From an uncultured delta proteobacterium (GTDB lineage Bacteria > Desulfobacterota > Desulfobacteria > Desulfobacterales > JAFDCJ01): a stretch of DNA of 64,000 nucleotides. The position numbers were made by a program, and so were the translations under genes. Shown one piece after another: positions 20,436 through 30,700 of this stretch (position 1 is the stretch's first letter; the number at the start of each line of letters is the position of its first letter). The stretch spans positions 192,001 to 256,000 of the forward strand of contig CAVYNY010000009.1 in NCBI GenBank assembly GCA_963769935.1, given 5' to 3'. Below the pieces are notes generated by a model that saw only the letters and a program-made list of their open reading frames with translations, had not been told where the DNA came from and ran no database searches.

Positions 20436-21767
20436 ATGCTTGATTTCACTCTGACTCCCGAACAATTGGAATTGCAGCAAAAAGCGCGCGAATTTGCCAG
20501 AAAAGAAATATTGCCGATCGCCTGGTACTATGACGAAATCGACGAAACCCCTTTGCCGCTGTTGAGAAAAGCTTACGACGCCCAATTGATAAACGGTGAT
20601 ATACCGCAGCAATACGGCGGCAAAGGCTGGGGACTGTTGGAAAATGTTCTAGCCACCGAAGAGTTCGCCGCCGCCTGTCCGGGCCTGGCCACCTCGCTTT
20701 TTGACAACTCTCTCGGGATGGAGCCGCTCAAGCTCTCCAAAAACGAAGCGCTCAAGAAAAAATATTTGCCCCGGATTTTAAACGAATTTAAGCTCATCTG
20801 TTTTGCAACCTCCGAGCCGACCATGGGCTCGGACGTGGCCGGCATCCGCTGCAGGGCCGCAAGAGACGGTGAAGACTATGTTTTAAACGGCACCAAGTAT
20901 TGGATTACCAACGGCGGTATTGCCGATTACATGTCGATATTTGCCACGGTGGATCCGGATTCCCGCCATGAAGGGATATGCGCCTTTCTAGTGGAAAAAG
21001 ACTGGGAAGGGGTGTCCATCGGCCGGAGGATCACGAAACTTGGACAGCGCGGTTCCAACACGGTCGGCCTGAATTTCAAGGACGTCAGGGTTCCCAAGGA
21101 TAATGTTCTGGCGCCGCCGGGGGAAGGATTTGAACTAGCCATGCGGACTTTTGCCCGTACCCGCCCGTCCATAGGGGCTTTTGCGGTTGGAACGGCGCGC
21201 TCAGCCATGGAATTTGCAATTGATTACACCAAAAAAAGACGCGCCTTCGGCACCAAAATCGCTAATTTCCAGGCCATTCAACACAAAATCGCCGAAATGT
21301 ATCAAAAAGTGGCGACATCGCGGCTGCTGGTCTGGAAAGCCGCCTGGGAAGCGGACCAGGGTCTGGATCCGACCATCACCGCTTCGATTGCCAAATTCTA
21401 TTCAAGTGAGGCTGCGCTGGAAGTCGCCAATCAGGCGCTGCAAATACTGGGCGGCTACGGCTATACCAAAATGTTTCCGGTAGAAAAGCTTCTGCGGGAC
21501 GCACGGCTTTTCAGCATTTACGAAGGCACCAGCGAAATCCAGCGCCACATCGTATCCGGCTATGCCATGAACGTCTATCAACCGGCCATGCCGCCGCTGG
21601 AGGATTTGCCGATTCAGCGGGCAATAGATCCGGCCGAGCTGGAAGGCGAAGAAGGCAAAACCGCCTGGCGCTGCCGGATTTGCGGATACGTGCACTACGG
21701 TGATGAACCGCCGGAAGAATGCCCGTATTGCTTTTTCCCGAAATCAGCCTTTAAAGAAACCAAATAG
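20436..21767 (+). CDS. Acyl-CoA dehydrogenase fused to a C-terminal rubredoxin-like domain
   Basis: FATSEPTMGSD, LNGTKYWITNG, GGYGY, IYEGTSEIQR, then WRCRICGY..CPYC. Confidence 0.93.
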   Translation: MLDFTLTPEQLELQQKAREFARKEILPIAWYYDEIDETPLPLLRKAYDAQLINGDIPQQYGGKGWGLLENVLATEEFAAACPGLATSLFDNSLGMEPLKLSKNEALKKKYLPRILNEFKLICFATSEPTMGSDVAGIRCRAARDGEDYVLNGTKYWITNGGIADYMSIFATVDPDSRHEGICAFLVEKDWEGVSIGRRITKLGQRGSNTVGLNFKDVRVPKDNVLAPPGEGFELAMRTFARTRPSIGAFAVGTARSAMEFAIDYTKKRRAFGTKIANFQAIQHKIAEMYQKVATSRLLVWKAAWEADQGLDPTITASIAKFYSSEAALEVANQALQILGGYGYTKMFPVEKLLRDARLFSIYEGTSEIQRHIVSGYAMNVYQPAMPPLEDLPIQRAIDPAELEGEEGKTAWRCRICGYVHYGDEPPEECPYCFFPKSAFKETK

Positions 21768-21851
21768 TGATAAGTTCATAGAAATCGTATTCATTCCCGC
21801 CTTGCGGGATTTGGTGTTTCAGGTTGAGTGTTTGGTATGAAGTAATTCTTA

Positions 21852-22073
21852 TCAGATGTCAGCCCGGCCGCCGGCCTGAAAAGCGGCCGAGCTGATCGAA
21901 AAAGAAACATAATAATTCACCGCAGAGCCCGCAGCCTCCGGCCCATAGGGCCTACGCCCCGGTGGGAGAACGCCGAGAAAGAAAGTTTTAATTAATCTCC
22001 GCGTTCTCTGCGCTCTCAGCGGTGAGACACTTCGTAAAAATGGCATCGAATTTAATGAAGTTTCATACGAGGT
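21852..22073. repeat. Composite MITE-like dispersed repeat, type 2, copy C
   Basis: Reverse complement of 2666-2898; lies between convergent genes. Confidence 0.9.
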
Positions 22074-22322
22074 TCATTTTTTAAAGACCCGGTAAATCAC
22101 CAGCAGCAGGATTGCGCCGCCTACAGCTACCATCAAACTGCGCAGATCAAAGCCGCTGACAGTGCCGAAACCGATTCGGGAGCCGATAAATCCCCCGACA
22201 AAAGCACCGGCGATTCCCAGAATAATGGTTATGACAAATCCTCCCGGGTCTTTGCCCGGCATAAGAAATTTCGCAATGATACCGACCACCAGTCCTAAAA
22301 CGAGCCAAGAGAGAATTCCCAT
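22074..22322 (-). CDS. GlsB/YeaQ/YmgE (transglycosylase-associated) membrane protein
   Basis: MGILSWLVLGLVVGIIAKFLMPGKDPGG..TIILGIAGAFVGG. Confidence 0.93.
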   Translation of the reverse strand: MGILSWLVLGLVVGIIAKFLMPGKDPGGFVITIILGIAGAFVGGFIGSRIGFGTVSGFDLRSLMVAVGGAILLLVIYRVFKK

Positions 22323-22557
22323 ATTGTTCTCCTTTCAAACTTAAAAATAAATGAGCCTATAACAGAAAAAGCTGAGATGTCAAGATAGTCCGCCATAAGC
22401 CCAAGGCATCGTCTGCATCGGTTCAAACCGATATGGTTTAAATGACCCAGCCCCATCATTTACGCTTTTGTGCTCGGCCGATTGCAATTGATTTTAATAA
22501 GCGTTTTATATTTATGTTATTATGAACCTTTGAATCTCCACCAATGGAAGGATATAA

Positions 22558-25092
22558 ATGGACGACGCAGTTAAGGTTTATCGCCAACTGGAAGAAGAAT
22601 TTCACCGCCTGGCCCTTCATCGACCCATGCGGTTTGAGCGCTATGAAGCCGGCACCGAATTGGAATACATGGTAACGGATGTGGAAAATGCCAATCGGGC
22701 CGCAGTTCGCCTGGTGGTGGAAAATTTTGTCGGTGGCGGATTTGCCGGACAGGTTTACCGGGTTAAAGTGCTGGGAATCAACACCGAAGACGGTCCGCTC
22801 AATCATCTCCAGGTCGGGGAGACATACGCCGTAAAAATTTTAATTCCACCCTCGGGTTTCTCCCGGTTGTTTCGCAATGCGCTTTACTGGATCGGTTTCC
22901 AGGGGCCTTTTCAGCTTCAGGTCAACCCGGCGGCTGCCAGGACCGGTGCCTTGTGGCAAAAATTCATCCGGCGCGGCGCTGAAATTGCCTTCGGGAGTGA
23001 AACGGCCGTAGTGGATATTTATGCAACTTTTGTTGATGAAAAGCTGGGCAGCTGCGGTGAACTGAGTGAATGGGTGGCAGGCCGAACCTGGCGTCTGGAA
23101 GTAGATGATAATCTGGATACTCTGAAACGCTGGATGAAAGGTAAAAAAGTCGATCCCGCGAAATTGGGATCACCGGAATTTCGGGCTAAATATGAATTCA
23201 TGCAGCAGTTTGTCACGCTGCTGCATCAGATGGGTGCGCATGAATTTGCCAGACAGTACGAGTGGTCGACCTGGAAAAGCCAGCCGAATTGCCTGAAAAG
23301 AAATGATACCGACGAATCGCCGGCCGATGGGTTGACGGCCGTTGATTTCAGGGCCGGCCTGGCGCTTTTGCCTTTTTTGCCCATGAGTCCCGGTGATTTC
23401 AAACTGATTCTCACCGGACTGCTGCGCGGCAGCCTGGTGCAATTTGACCGGGGTGATATCGGCCGGCTGAAGCAATACATTGCAGCCCACCGGAGCCAAT
23501 TTGCCGATACGCAGACCATGCTCGCCGAGCTGGAAGCCGCAGAGCAGGTGTATCGCAACTCCATTCCGGACGTGACGCATAACCATGTGCGTCTGCTCTA
23601 CAGTCCGCAGCTTTGGGCTACAATGCTCAAAAGTGCAATAACGGGATGGAAAGTCAGAAACCTCATCAACGATTCATATCGCGCTAAACTGGCAAACAAC
23701 ACCCTGTTGACGCTGCTGTTTGGTGCCCTCGGGCTGATTCCATACCTCGGCCGATTTTTCAGACGCATCTGGGGTCAGCCTTTCTGGCGGACCCACTACC
23801 TGAAAATGTTGACCGACCGGCAATATCGGCGGCGATCCATCCGGGCCGGATTTATCGAAAAATTGATCAACTGGCATCGCGATGGTCGACTGGATGACCA
23901 AAAGGCCTTGCAAACGGCCGATCAAATCTGGCGCGTCTCATACCACTGGCCCCTGTCACTGCTGCCCGCCGGTCTTCACAGACTTCTGACGGACTGGCAA
24001 TATGCCAAAGAGCGGGTGGCGTATTACCTGTTGCGGCCGGTTCGTCTGTATTTCAACAACGAACTGCGCGAACAGTGGCTGCGGGACATGGTTGCCGATG
24101 GAAAAGAAAAAAACCTGCTGAACGATGAAGATGCCGCCGTGATCCTCTCTCAAATAAAGGAGCCTTACATTCAGAAGTATTTGAAAAGCCTGGCGGTTCA
24201 CGTCTGCACCCTGCCGGTTACCCAGGTTGTCTCGTTCACCCTGGCAATCATCTATGTCCTCACCCACCCCCAGATGCCGCGCGCCCAGGCCTATGCCACC
24301 GGCGTGGGGATTATCGCGCTTTTTCAGGTGGTGCCGATTTCACCGGGTTCGCTGGTTCGAGGCCTCTATGTGCTGTATCTGGTCATCCGGGAGAAAAATT
24401 TCAAGGATTACAATATCGCGGTGTTTCTGGGATTTTTCAAGTATATCGGCTACCTGGCCTTCCCGATCCAGATGACTTACCGCTATCCGGCTCTGGCCCG
24501 GTTCATGGCAGGTCACTGGGCCACCGAGGCCGTCCATGTTGTTCCTGTTTTTGGGGAAAAGGGCGCTCTGCTGGAGCACAAAATATTCAACCTGTTTTAC
24601 AATTGGCCTTTGACCATTCGATATCGCATGCGCCAACGCAGTCAGATAAGAGCTGCCATGCAGCCGCGCTACTGGCATATTGCGCTGTGTGCGATTGCGG
24701 CAATGGCGCTATTTGTACCGGTTGATTATACCCACTTGCAACGGTTCGGCAGCCTGCCGGATCTGAAACAGATCTGGGCATTGGCGCTGGCAGTACCCAT
24801 ACTGAGCGGGGCGGCCGTCACATTGGGCGCCGGGGGAGCCGGCATATGGCAGCGCATTATGGGGGCGGCCTTGTGCGGAGCGGCTGTCGGCCTTTTCAGT
24901 ATAACAATATCAGCCGGCTTTGGCGCCGCCAATTTCATCGGAATATCCGAGATCGCCGTCAACAGCATCTGGCGGGCCTTCGTGTTTACGATCGTTTCCA
25001 TAATCGGCGCACTGCTGACGGAAATTAATTTACCGGCGCCGGATGCCGAAAAACAGAGGACTGAGGGCAGAGGACTGAGGACTGAGGACTGA
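22558..25092 (+). CDS. Hypothetical membrane protein with an N-terminal protein-kinase-like region
   Basis: 844-aa ORF with GGGFAGQVY, YAVK and AVDFRAG motifs and several TM segments. Confidence 0.7.
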   Translation: MDDAVKVYRQLEEEFHRLALHRPMRFERYEAGTELEYMVTDVENANRAAVRLVVENFVGGGFAGQVYRVKVLGINTEDGPLNHLQVGETYAVKILIPPSGFSRLFRNALYWIGFQGPFQLQVNPAAARTGALWQKFIRRGAEIAFGSETAVVDIYATFVDEKLGSCGELSEWVAGRTWRLEVDDNLDTLKRWMKGKKVDPAKLGSPEFRAKYEFMQQFVTLLHQMGAHEFARQYEWSTWKSQPNCLKRNDTDESPADGLTAVDFRAGLALLPFLPMSPGDFKLILTGLLRGSLVQFDRGDIGRLKQYIAAHRSQFADTQTMLAELEAAEQVYRNSIPDVTHNHVRLLYSPQLWATMLKSAITGWKVRNLINDSYRAKLANNTLLTLLFGALGLIPYLGRFFRRIWGQPFWRTHYLKMLTDRQYRRRSIRAGFIEKLINWHRDGRLDDQKALQTADQIWRVSYHWPLSLLPAGLHRLLTDWQYAKERVAYYLLRPVRLYFNNELREQWLRDMVADGKEKNLLNDEDAAVILSQIKEPYIQKYLKSLAVHVCTLPVTQVVSFTLAIIYVLTHPQMPRAQAYATGVGIIALFQVVPISPGSLVRGLYVLYLVIREKNFKDYNIAVFLGFFKYIGYLAFPIQMTYRYPALARFMAGHWATEAVHVVPVFGEKGALLEHKIFNLFYNWPLTIRYRMRQRSQIRAAMQPRYWHIALCAIAAMALFVPVDYTHLQRFGSLPDLKQIWALALAVPILSGAAVTLGAGGAGIWQRIMGAALCGAAVGLFSITISAGFGAANFIGISEIAVNSIWRAFVFTIVSIIGALLTEINLPAPDAEKQRTEGRGLRTED

Positions 25093-25153
25093 GGACAGAC
25101 GCCAGAAGACAAAGGAAAGAAGGTGAGAGGGTGAGAAGGTGGGAAGGTGAGAA
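25053..25153. repeat. 7-mer (GAGGACT)n and 8-mer (GAAGGTGA)n tracts overlapping a gene 3' end
   Basis: CAGAGGACTGAGGGCAGAGGACTGAGGACTGAGGACTGAGGACAG followed by GAAGGTGAGAGGGTGAGAAGGTGGGAAGGTGAGAA. Confidence 0.9.
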
Positions 25154-25177
25154 CCAACCGGAATAGAATTTTGCGGA

Positions 25178-26074
25178 TTAATTCTCATTATTTTCATTTT
25201 TTTGTAAGGCTTCGATGATCCGGGGAATATATTCCGGCGCTTTGCTTTGGTGAAAGCGGGCTGACCCGGCCCCGCGGTGACCGCCGCCGTCGAAATCGGC
25301 GAGCAGCAGGCCGACATTTACCCTGCAATCGGGTTTAAATATACTATGCCCTACGCTGACCGCGACCAGCTCTCTGTTCCGGTCTTCATAACGGATTCTC
25401 ACGTTCACGTAAGCCTCCGGAAACAACGAATAGACCAGAAAGCGATTGCCGACCGGCGTTTCGGACAGGGAGCGAAAATCGGTTATGGAGACATTTTTTT
25501 CAAGGCGGGTGTAATCTTTCAGATAAACAATATACCGCTTATTTTGTTCGGTAACTTCCCGGCAGCGCTGTTTTACTTCCGGATCGGCCAATACCTGTTC
25601 AAAATTAAAATCGGCGATAAGATCGACCAGTTTGTTCCAGTAGAGTTCACAGTCATGCTCGCCGTCAAAAACGGTCATGGAAAGCAGCACGTAATCATAT
25701 TTTTCAGGGTGAAGAACCTGATCCAGCGTAAGATCAGCCGAATCTATTTTATCGGTGGCTTCAACCAGCTCACTGTAATCGCGTTTAAACCGGCCTTTAT
25801 AATGTTCGAAGATTAAACCGGCCGCTGATGGCGCAATCTTAAAGATCCCTTTGAATGAGCGGTAAACCCGATTTGTATAATGATGGTCAAACCAGAGGGA
25901 ACATTTGTCGTCGTACGGCAGGTTGGCAAGGATGTCTCCTTTGCGGATTTCTACCAGACCATTTTGAATCTCGCTGGGCTCGACCCATTTCACCGGCTGC
26001 TCTATATGAAAGACTTCGCGAAGCAGGACGGCGCATACAATGCCGTCAAAATCCGGTCTGGTTACAATTCGCAT
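25178..26074 (-). CDS. DHH-family phosphoesterase (exopolyphosphatase-like/nanoRNase-like)
   Basis: TRPDFDG, FDHH, GGGH motifs. Confidence 0.85.
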   Translation of the reverse strand: MRIVTRPDFDGIVCAVLLREVFHIEQPVKWVEPSEIQNGLVEIRKGDILANLPYDDKCSLWFDHHYTNRVYRSFKGIFKIAPSAAGLIFEHYKGRFKRDYSELVEATDKIDSADLTLDQVLHPEKYDYVLLSMTVFDGEHDCELYWNKLVDLIADFNFEQVLADPEVKQRCREVTEQNKRYIVYLKDYTRLEKNVSITDFRSLSETPVGNRFLVYSLFPEAYVNVRIRYEDRNRELVAVSVGHSIFKPDCRVNVGLLLADFDGGGHRGAGSARFHQSKAPEYIPRIIEALQKNENNEN

Positions 26075-26195
26075 TAAAATCACCTAATCGGAAATGAAAA
26101 ATCTATTGATGTTTTGTAATTGTTGACATAACAGTCTGGATCGGCACCTTTTTTCATAGTATTGAACCACCTATTTTACAAGGAGGATTCACGTC

Positions 26196-26657
26196 ATGGC
26201 ACTATATCTTGTCCAACACGGCAAAAGCCTGTCAAAGGACGTCGATCCGGATCAAGGTCTTTCCGAAGAAGGCATTACGGAAACAAAGCGCATCGCCCAG
26301 GTAGCCCGGGAGTATCAGGTGCCCCTTGCGTACATCAAACAGAGCGGCAAAAAAAGGGCGCGCCAAACAGCTGAAATTTTTGCAGGCGCCCTGAACCCCG
26401 CCGGCGGGGTTGAAGAAGTCCGCGGATTAAAGCCGCTGGACGACGTAGCGGCTTTTGCCGCCACTATTGACGCCGCCGCCGATACCATGCTGGTCGGCCA
26501 TCTGCCGTTTATGGAGCGCATGACCTCCTATCTGGTGACCGGATCTGCCGACAAGCCTGTATTTAAATTTCAGAATAGCGGCATTGTCAGTCTTGAAAAA
26601 AATCCGGATTCGGGTTCCTGGGTCATTGTCTGGACCTTGATGCCAAAAATCGGGTAA
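26196..26657 (+). CDS. sixA: Phosphohistidine phosphatase SixA
   Basis: LYLVQHG, SGKKRARQTA, LVGHLP. Confidence 0.85.
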   Translation: MALYLVQHGKSLSKDVDPDQGLSEEGITETKRIAQVAREYQVPLAYIKQSGKKRARQTAEIFAGALNPAGGVEEVRGLKPLDDVAAFAATIDAAADTMLVGHLPFMERMTSYLVTGSADKPVFKFQNSGIVSLEKNPDSGSWVIVWTLMPKIG

Positions 26658-26692
26658 TTTATATCAGTGTTATCGGCCAAAGGGAGAAAAAG

Positions 26693-27460
26693 ATGAATTT
26701 TGAGTGTATTAATTATGTAAAACAGCAGGGCATTGCAACAGTTAAATTGAACCGCCCCCGGGTGCTGAACGCCATGAACAAGCAGTTGTGGCTCGATATC
26801 CAGGCCGCCCTGGAAGATGCCGGAGACGATGCAGAAATTAAAGTTCTGGTGATCACCGGTGAGGGACGAGCCTTTTCGACCGGTGCGGATTTAAAGGAAT
26901 CCAAAACCAGAACCATCGAAGAATACCGGGACTATCTGGAGGAACTCCAGGAGGCGTCGCGCAAAATCATCCGCTTTGCCAAGCCGACAATTGCCGCCAT
27001 CAACGGCTACGCCCTGGGTTCCGGTTACGAACTGGCGCTGGCCTGTGACATTCGCCTGGCGGCGCAGGAGGCACAGATCGGCTCTCCGGAGGCTAAAGTT
27101 ACCTCCTCTATCACCGGTGGGGCTTTCAGGCTGGTTCAGGATTTGATCGGTCCCGGCAAAGCGAAAGAACTTCTGTTTACCGGGGAGTACATTGACGGCC
27201 GGGAAGCCGAACGAATCGGCCTGGTCAACAAGGCCGTCCCTCTGGCGCAACTGGAAACGGAAGTCCGGCAGTTGGCCGCAAAAATTGCCGCCAATTCAGC
27301 CATCTCTCTGAAAATGATTAAAAAGGGACTGCAGATGGCCCGAGGCGAAATCAGCCTGGAGGCCTTGATGGATTTCGAAGTTGAAGCCTGTCTGACCTGT
27401 GTATCCACCAAGGAAAGACAGGAATCGTTGAAGGAGTTTGAAGAGCGCAAGAAGAGTTGA
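26693..27460 (+). CDS. Enoyl-CoA hydratase/isomerase family protein
   Basis: LNRPRVLNA, AFSTGADL, KPTIAAINGYALGSGYELALACD. Confidence 0.93.
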   Translation: MNFECINYVKQQGIATVKLNRPRVLNAMNKQLWLDIQAALEDAGDDAEIKVLVITGEGRAFSTGADLKESKTRTIEEYRDYLEELQEASRKIIRFAKPTIAAINGYALGSGYELALACDIRLAAQEAQIGSPEAKVTSSITGGAFRLVQDLIGPGKAKELLFTGEYIDGREAERIGLVNKAVPLAQLETEVRQLAAKIAANSAISLKMIKKGLQMARGEISLEALMDFEVEACLTCVSTKERQESLKEFEERKKS

Positions 27461-27481
27461 AATAACAAGGAAGGGAACCAA

Positions 27482-29638
27482 ATGTCGTTAGAAAAGATTC
27501 TAAACGCGGAATCCGTGGCCATCGTCGGAGCTTCCAGAAATGAGACCAAACGCGGATATCAGTCTATCCGGACCCTGCTGGACGAAAATTACGCGGGCCG
27601 GATCTATCCGGTCAACCCGAAGGAAAAAAGCATCCTCGGATTTAAATGCTATAAAAGAGTGGCCGATATCGAAGGACCCGTGGATGTTGCTCTGGTGGCC
27701 ACCCCGGCCGCAACGCTGCCGGCTGTGCTGGAGGACTGCGGTCAAAAGGGCGTAAAAGGTGCGGTCGTATTGGCGGGCGGGTTCGGTGAAGCGGGAGCAA
27801 GCGGCAGGAAACTGGAAGAAGAAATGGTGGCCGTGGCCAAAAGGCACAACATCCGTTTGATCGGCCCCAACACCTCGGGAATGATAAACCTGCATGAAAA
27901 CTTAAATTTAGTCGGCCTGAAAGATGCACCTCCGGGCGACATCGCCCTTCTCACGCAGAGCGGCAACATGGCGCTGACCTTGATTACCGAAGCCAAAATA
28001 AAAAGCCGCAAAGGATTTTCCTACTATGTCGGCGTCGGCAACGAAGCCGATATCAAATTCCACGAATATCTGGAATTTTTCCGCCGGGAGCCAAATACCC
28101 GGGCCATTTTGATGTACGTGGAGGGACTGCGCAACGCCCGCGAATTCATACAGCAGGCCCAGAACACGACCCTTGAAAAGCCGATTATTCTGCTTAAGAG
28201 CGGTCGCACATCCACCGGCAAAAAATCCGCGGGCTCCCATACCGGCGCTCTGGCGGGCATCTCCGAAGTAGCCCGGGGAGCATTCAAACGCGCCGGCATT
28301 ATTGCCATTGAAAATTCCGACGAATTGTTTCCGGTGGCTGAAACGCTTTCGAGTCTGCCGCCGATTAAAAGCAACAGTGTGGCCATTTTAGCAGACGGCG
28401 GCGGTCACGCGACCATTGCGGCCGATCTCTTGACCGACCTGGGTGTCAGTCTGCCCGAGCTGAGTGAAAAAACCCAGAAAAGTCTCAAAAAAATGCTGCC
28501 GGAGGCGGCCTCCGTGCCGAATCCCGTGGACGTGGCCGGCGGCACGGATGCCGACCCGTCGATTTTCGCGGACTGCGCGGATATCATTCTAAAAGATCCC
28601 AATGTCGGCGGCCTTTTAATCGTGGGGCTTTTCGGCGGTTACGGCATCCGGTTCGCCAAGAGCCTGTCTTGGATGGAGGAGGATGCCGCCCACCGAATGG
28701 GCAAGATGGTTAAATCACGCAACAAACCGATTGTGCTGCACAGCCTCTATACATCTGAAAAACCGCACGCCCTGGATCTGCTGCGTTACTATAATATTCC
28801 GGTTTTCGACTCCCTGGATGTGGCGGTCAAATGTACCAGCGCGCTGGCCGAGTACGGCAGCTATCTCAAAAGCTATCATCCCAAAGACACCTTTGAGTTG
28901 ATTTGGGGAGCCCGGGCCAAACCGGAGGGCGAAACAATTATACGGACCGCCCGTGAAGACGGACGCCAAACCCTGCTGGAATATGAAGCCAAACGGCTGT
29001 TTGCCCTGCACGGTGCACCGGTCAGCGGGGACCTGCTGGCCAAAACCGCTGATGAGGCCGCCGAAATCGCCGCCAAAGCCGGCGGTGATGTGGTGCTCAA
29101 AATTGTCTCCCCGGACATACTTCACAAATCCGATGCCGGTGGGGTGCGGGTTAAGCTTCACACGCAAAAAGAAGTCCGACAGGCGTTTAAGGAAATTATC
29201 CAAAACGCGCGGCATTATAATCCCGCTGCCGATATACGGGGGATATTGGTATCTCCCATGGCCGCCGAAGGCGTGGAGGTGATTATCGGCACCAAATACG
29301 ATGATCAGTTTGGTCCGGTCATCATGTACGGCCTGGGCGGAATCATGGTCGAGGTATTGAAAGATGTCGCGTTTCGCGTCATCCCCCTCACACCCACCGG
29401 TGCCAGGAAAATGATCGAAGAAACCAAGTCATACCCCATTCTGAACGGCGCCAGAGGCAAGCCGCCGCTGGACAAAAAGGCCATCTCCAAATTATTGATG
29501 CTGTGTTCTGAAATCGTTGTCGCTTACCCCGCCATCCAGGAGTTGGACCTCAATCCGGTGATCGTGCATCAAAATGGTATAACGATAGTTGATGCGCGGA
29601 TTATTTTGAAGACAGATGAAAACTTCTCCAACAGCTGA
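27482..29638 (+). CDS. ADP-forming acetate/acyl-CoA ligase (fused alpha-beta)
   Basis: VAIVGAS, IGPNT, QSG, SHTGAL (phospho-His), ATP-grasp HKSDAGGV, ELDLNP. Confidence 0.93.
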   Translation: MSLEKILNAESVAIVGASRNETKRGYQSIRTLLDENYAGRIYPVNPKEKSILGFKCYKRVADIEGPVDVALVATPAATLPAVLEDCGQKGVKGAVVLAGGFGEAGASGRKLEEEMVAVAKRHNIRLIGPNTSGMINLHENLNLVGLKDAPPGDIALLTQSGNMALTLITEAKIKSRKGFSYYVGVGNEADIKFHEYLEFFRREPNTRAILMYVEGLRNAREFIQQAQNTTLEKPIILLKSGRTSTGKKSAGSHTGALAGISEVARGAFKRAGIIAIENSDELFPVAETLSSLPPIKSNSVAILADGGGHATIAADLLTDLGVSLPELSEKTQKSLKKMLPEAASVPNPVDVAGGTDADPSIFADCADIILKDPNVGGLLIVGLFGGYGIRFAKSLSWMEEDAAHRMGKMVKSRNKPIVLHSLYTSEKPHALDLLRYYNIPVFDSLDVAVKCTSALAEYGSYLKSYHPKDTFELIWGARAKPEGETIIRTAREDGRQTLLEYEAKRLFALHGAPVSGDLLAKTADEAAEIAAKAGGDVVLKIVSPDILHKSDAGGVRVKLHTQKEVRQAFKEIIQNARHYNPAADIRGILVSPMAAEGVEVIIGTKYDDQFGPVIMYGLGGIMVEVLKDVAFRVIPLTPTGARKMIEETKSYPILNGARGKPPLDKKAISKLLMLCSEIVVAYPAIQELDLNPVIVHQNGITIVDARIILKTDENFSNS

Positions 29639-29729
29639 GACGGTTCTCTATTTCTTGCCGGCAGACAACAAGAATGCTAAAATAAACATACATGTGAATT
29701 TTGATCTGGAACCGTAAGTTACTATCGCA

Positions 29730-30266
29730 ATGATAAAATGCCCAAGATGCAACCTCCAACAGGACGAATCATCGCAATGCGAATATTGCGGGCTGATTTT
29801 CAATGAATTTGTGGAATCAGCCCGGACCTCAAAGACTGTCGATCGCATACGGACGGCATTGTTCGTCATCATTCTGCTGGCAGCAGGCGTTTTGCTTACC
29901 TTTATTTGGTTTAATTCTTCTCAGCAAAAATCGGGCGAAGAATCGGAGATCACCGCCGGTTCAAGTGTAAAAGCGCAAGGAAAAGAGGAAGATAAACTAT
30001 GGGCGACGGCTAAAGAACTGTCCGGTGATGTCGGAGTTATGAAAAGCCTTGCCGGCGGCTCCACCAAGGGAAGTATAATTGCTATGGTTGTTTTCAGCAT
30101 CATCGGGATAGGCTATTTTACCTATGGGAAAAAGAGCCACCAAATTTTAATGGTTGTCTGCGGCATTGCGCTGATGGTATATTCCTACTTCGTGAAAGGT
30201 ACCGTCCATATTGTTTTGGCCGGCGCAGGTCTGAGTGCTTTGCCCTTTATTTTCAGCAGAAAATAA
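29730..30266 (+). CDS. Hypothetical membrane protein with N-terminal zinc ribbon
   Basis: CPRC..CEYCG followed by TM segments. Confidence 0.7.
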   Translation: MIKCPRCNLQQDESSQCEYCGLIFNEFVESARTSKTVDRIRTALFVIILLAAGVLLTFIWFNSSQQKSGEESEITAGSSVKAQGKEEDKLWATAKELSGDVGVMKSLAGGSTKGSIIAMVVFSIIGIGYFTYGKKSHQILMVVCGIALMVYSYFVKGTVHIVLAGAGLSALPFIFSRK

Positions 30267-30303
30267 AAAGGGCATTTCATCATATTATGACGAAATGCCC
30301 TTT
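30267..30303 (-). terminator. Intrinsic terminator, probably bidirectional
   Basis: AAAGGGCATTTC-N13-GAAATGCCCTTT hairpin with a T tract on the minus strand downstream of the cold-shock gene. Confidence 0.8.
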
Positions 30304-30322
30304 GGTAATTTAAAATGGGTTA

Positions 30323-30523
30323 CTAAACGACGGTTACGTTGACTGCAGCCGGACCTTTTTTGCCCTGCTCGATCTCAAAGGTAACCCGGTCGCCTTCATA
30401 AAGCGCTTTAAAGCCGCTGGCATTGATTCCGGAATGATGAACAAAGACATCCGGACCATCTTCTTGCTCGATAAAGCCGTAGCCTTTGCTGCTGTTAAAC
30501 CATTTGACTACTCCATTCGCCAT
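30323..30523 (-). CDS. cspA: Cold-shock protein
   Basis: [31 protein letters not shown]. The symbol is a family-level label. Confidence 0.95.
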   Translation of the reverse strand: MANGVVKWFNSSKGYGFIEQEDGPDVFVHHSGINASGFKALYEGDRVTFEIEQGKKGPAAVNVTVV

Positions 30524-30650
30524 GGTGACATTCTCCTTTCTTAAAAATTCTCATAGTTCCAAACTGCAGGTTGTCACTTCGACAAATGGATCTTGCCTTC
30601 AGAACGAAACCGGCCCGCCAATGAAGGACGGACCTTTATTGATTGTTTCA

Positions 30651-30678
30651 AGTATAACATCAATTTCAATAAAATCAA
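30651..30678 (-). promoter_or_regulatory. Putative sigma70 promoter of the cold-shock gene
   Basis: Minus strand TTGATT-N16-TATACT with an extended TG; implies a leader of about 120 nt. Confidence 0.55.
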
Positions 30679-30700
30679 GATAAATTAATAGAATTTTTTT

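Noticed and set aside
21852..22046. Small ORFs within repeats (also 2835-3101, 40157-40393, 54751-55092, 57059-57295)
   Set aside because: They are translations of repeat DNA with low-complexity products.
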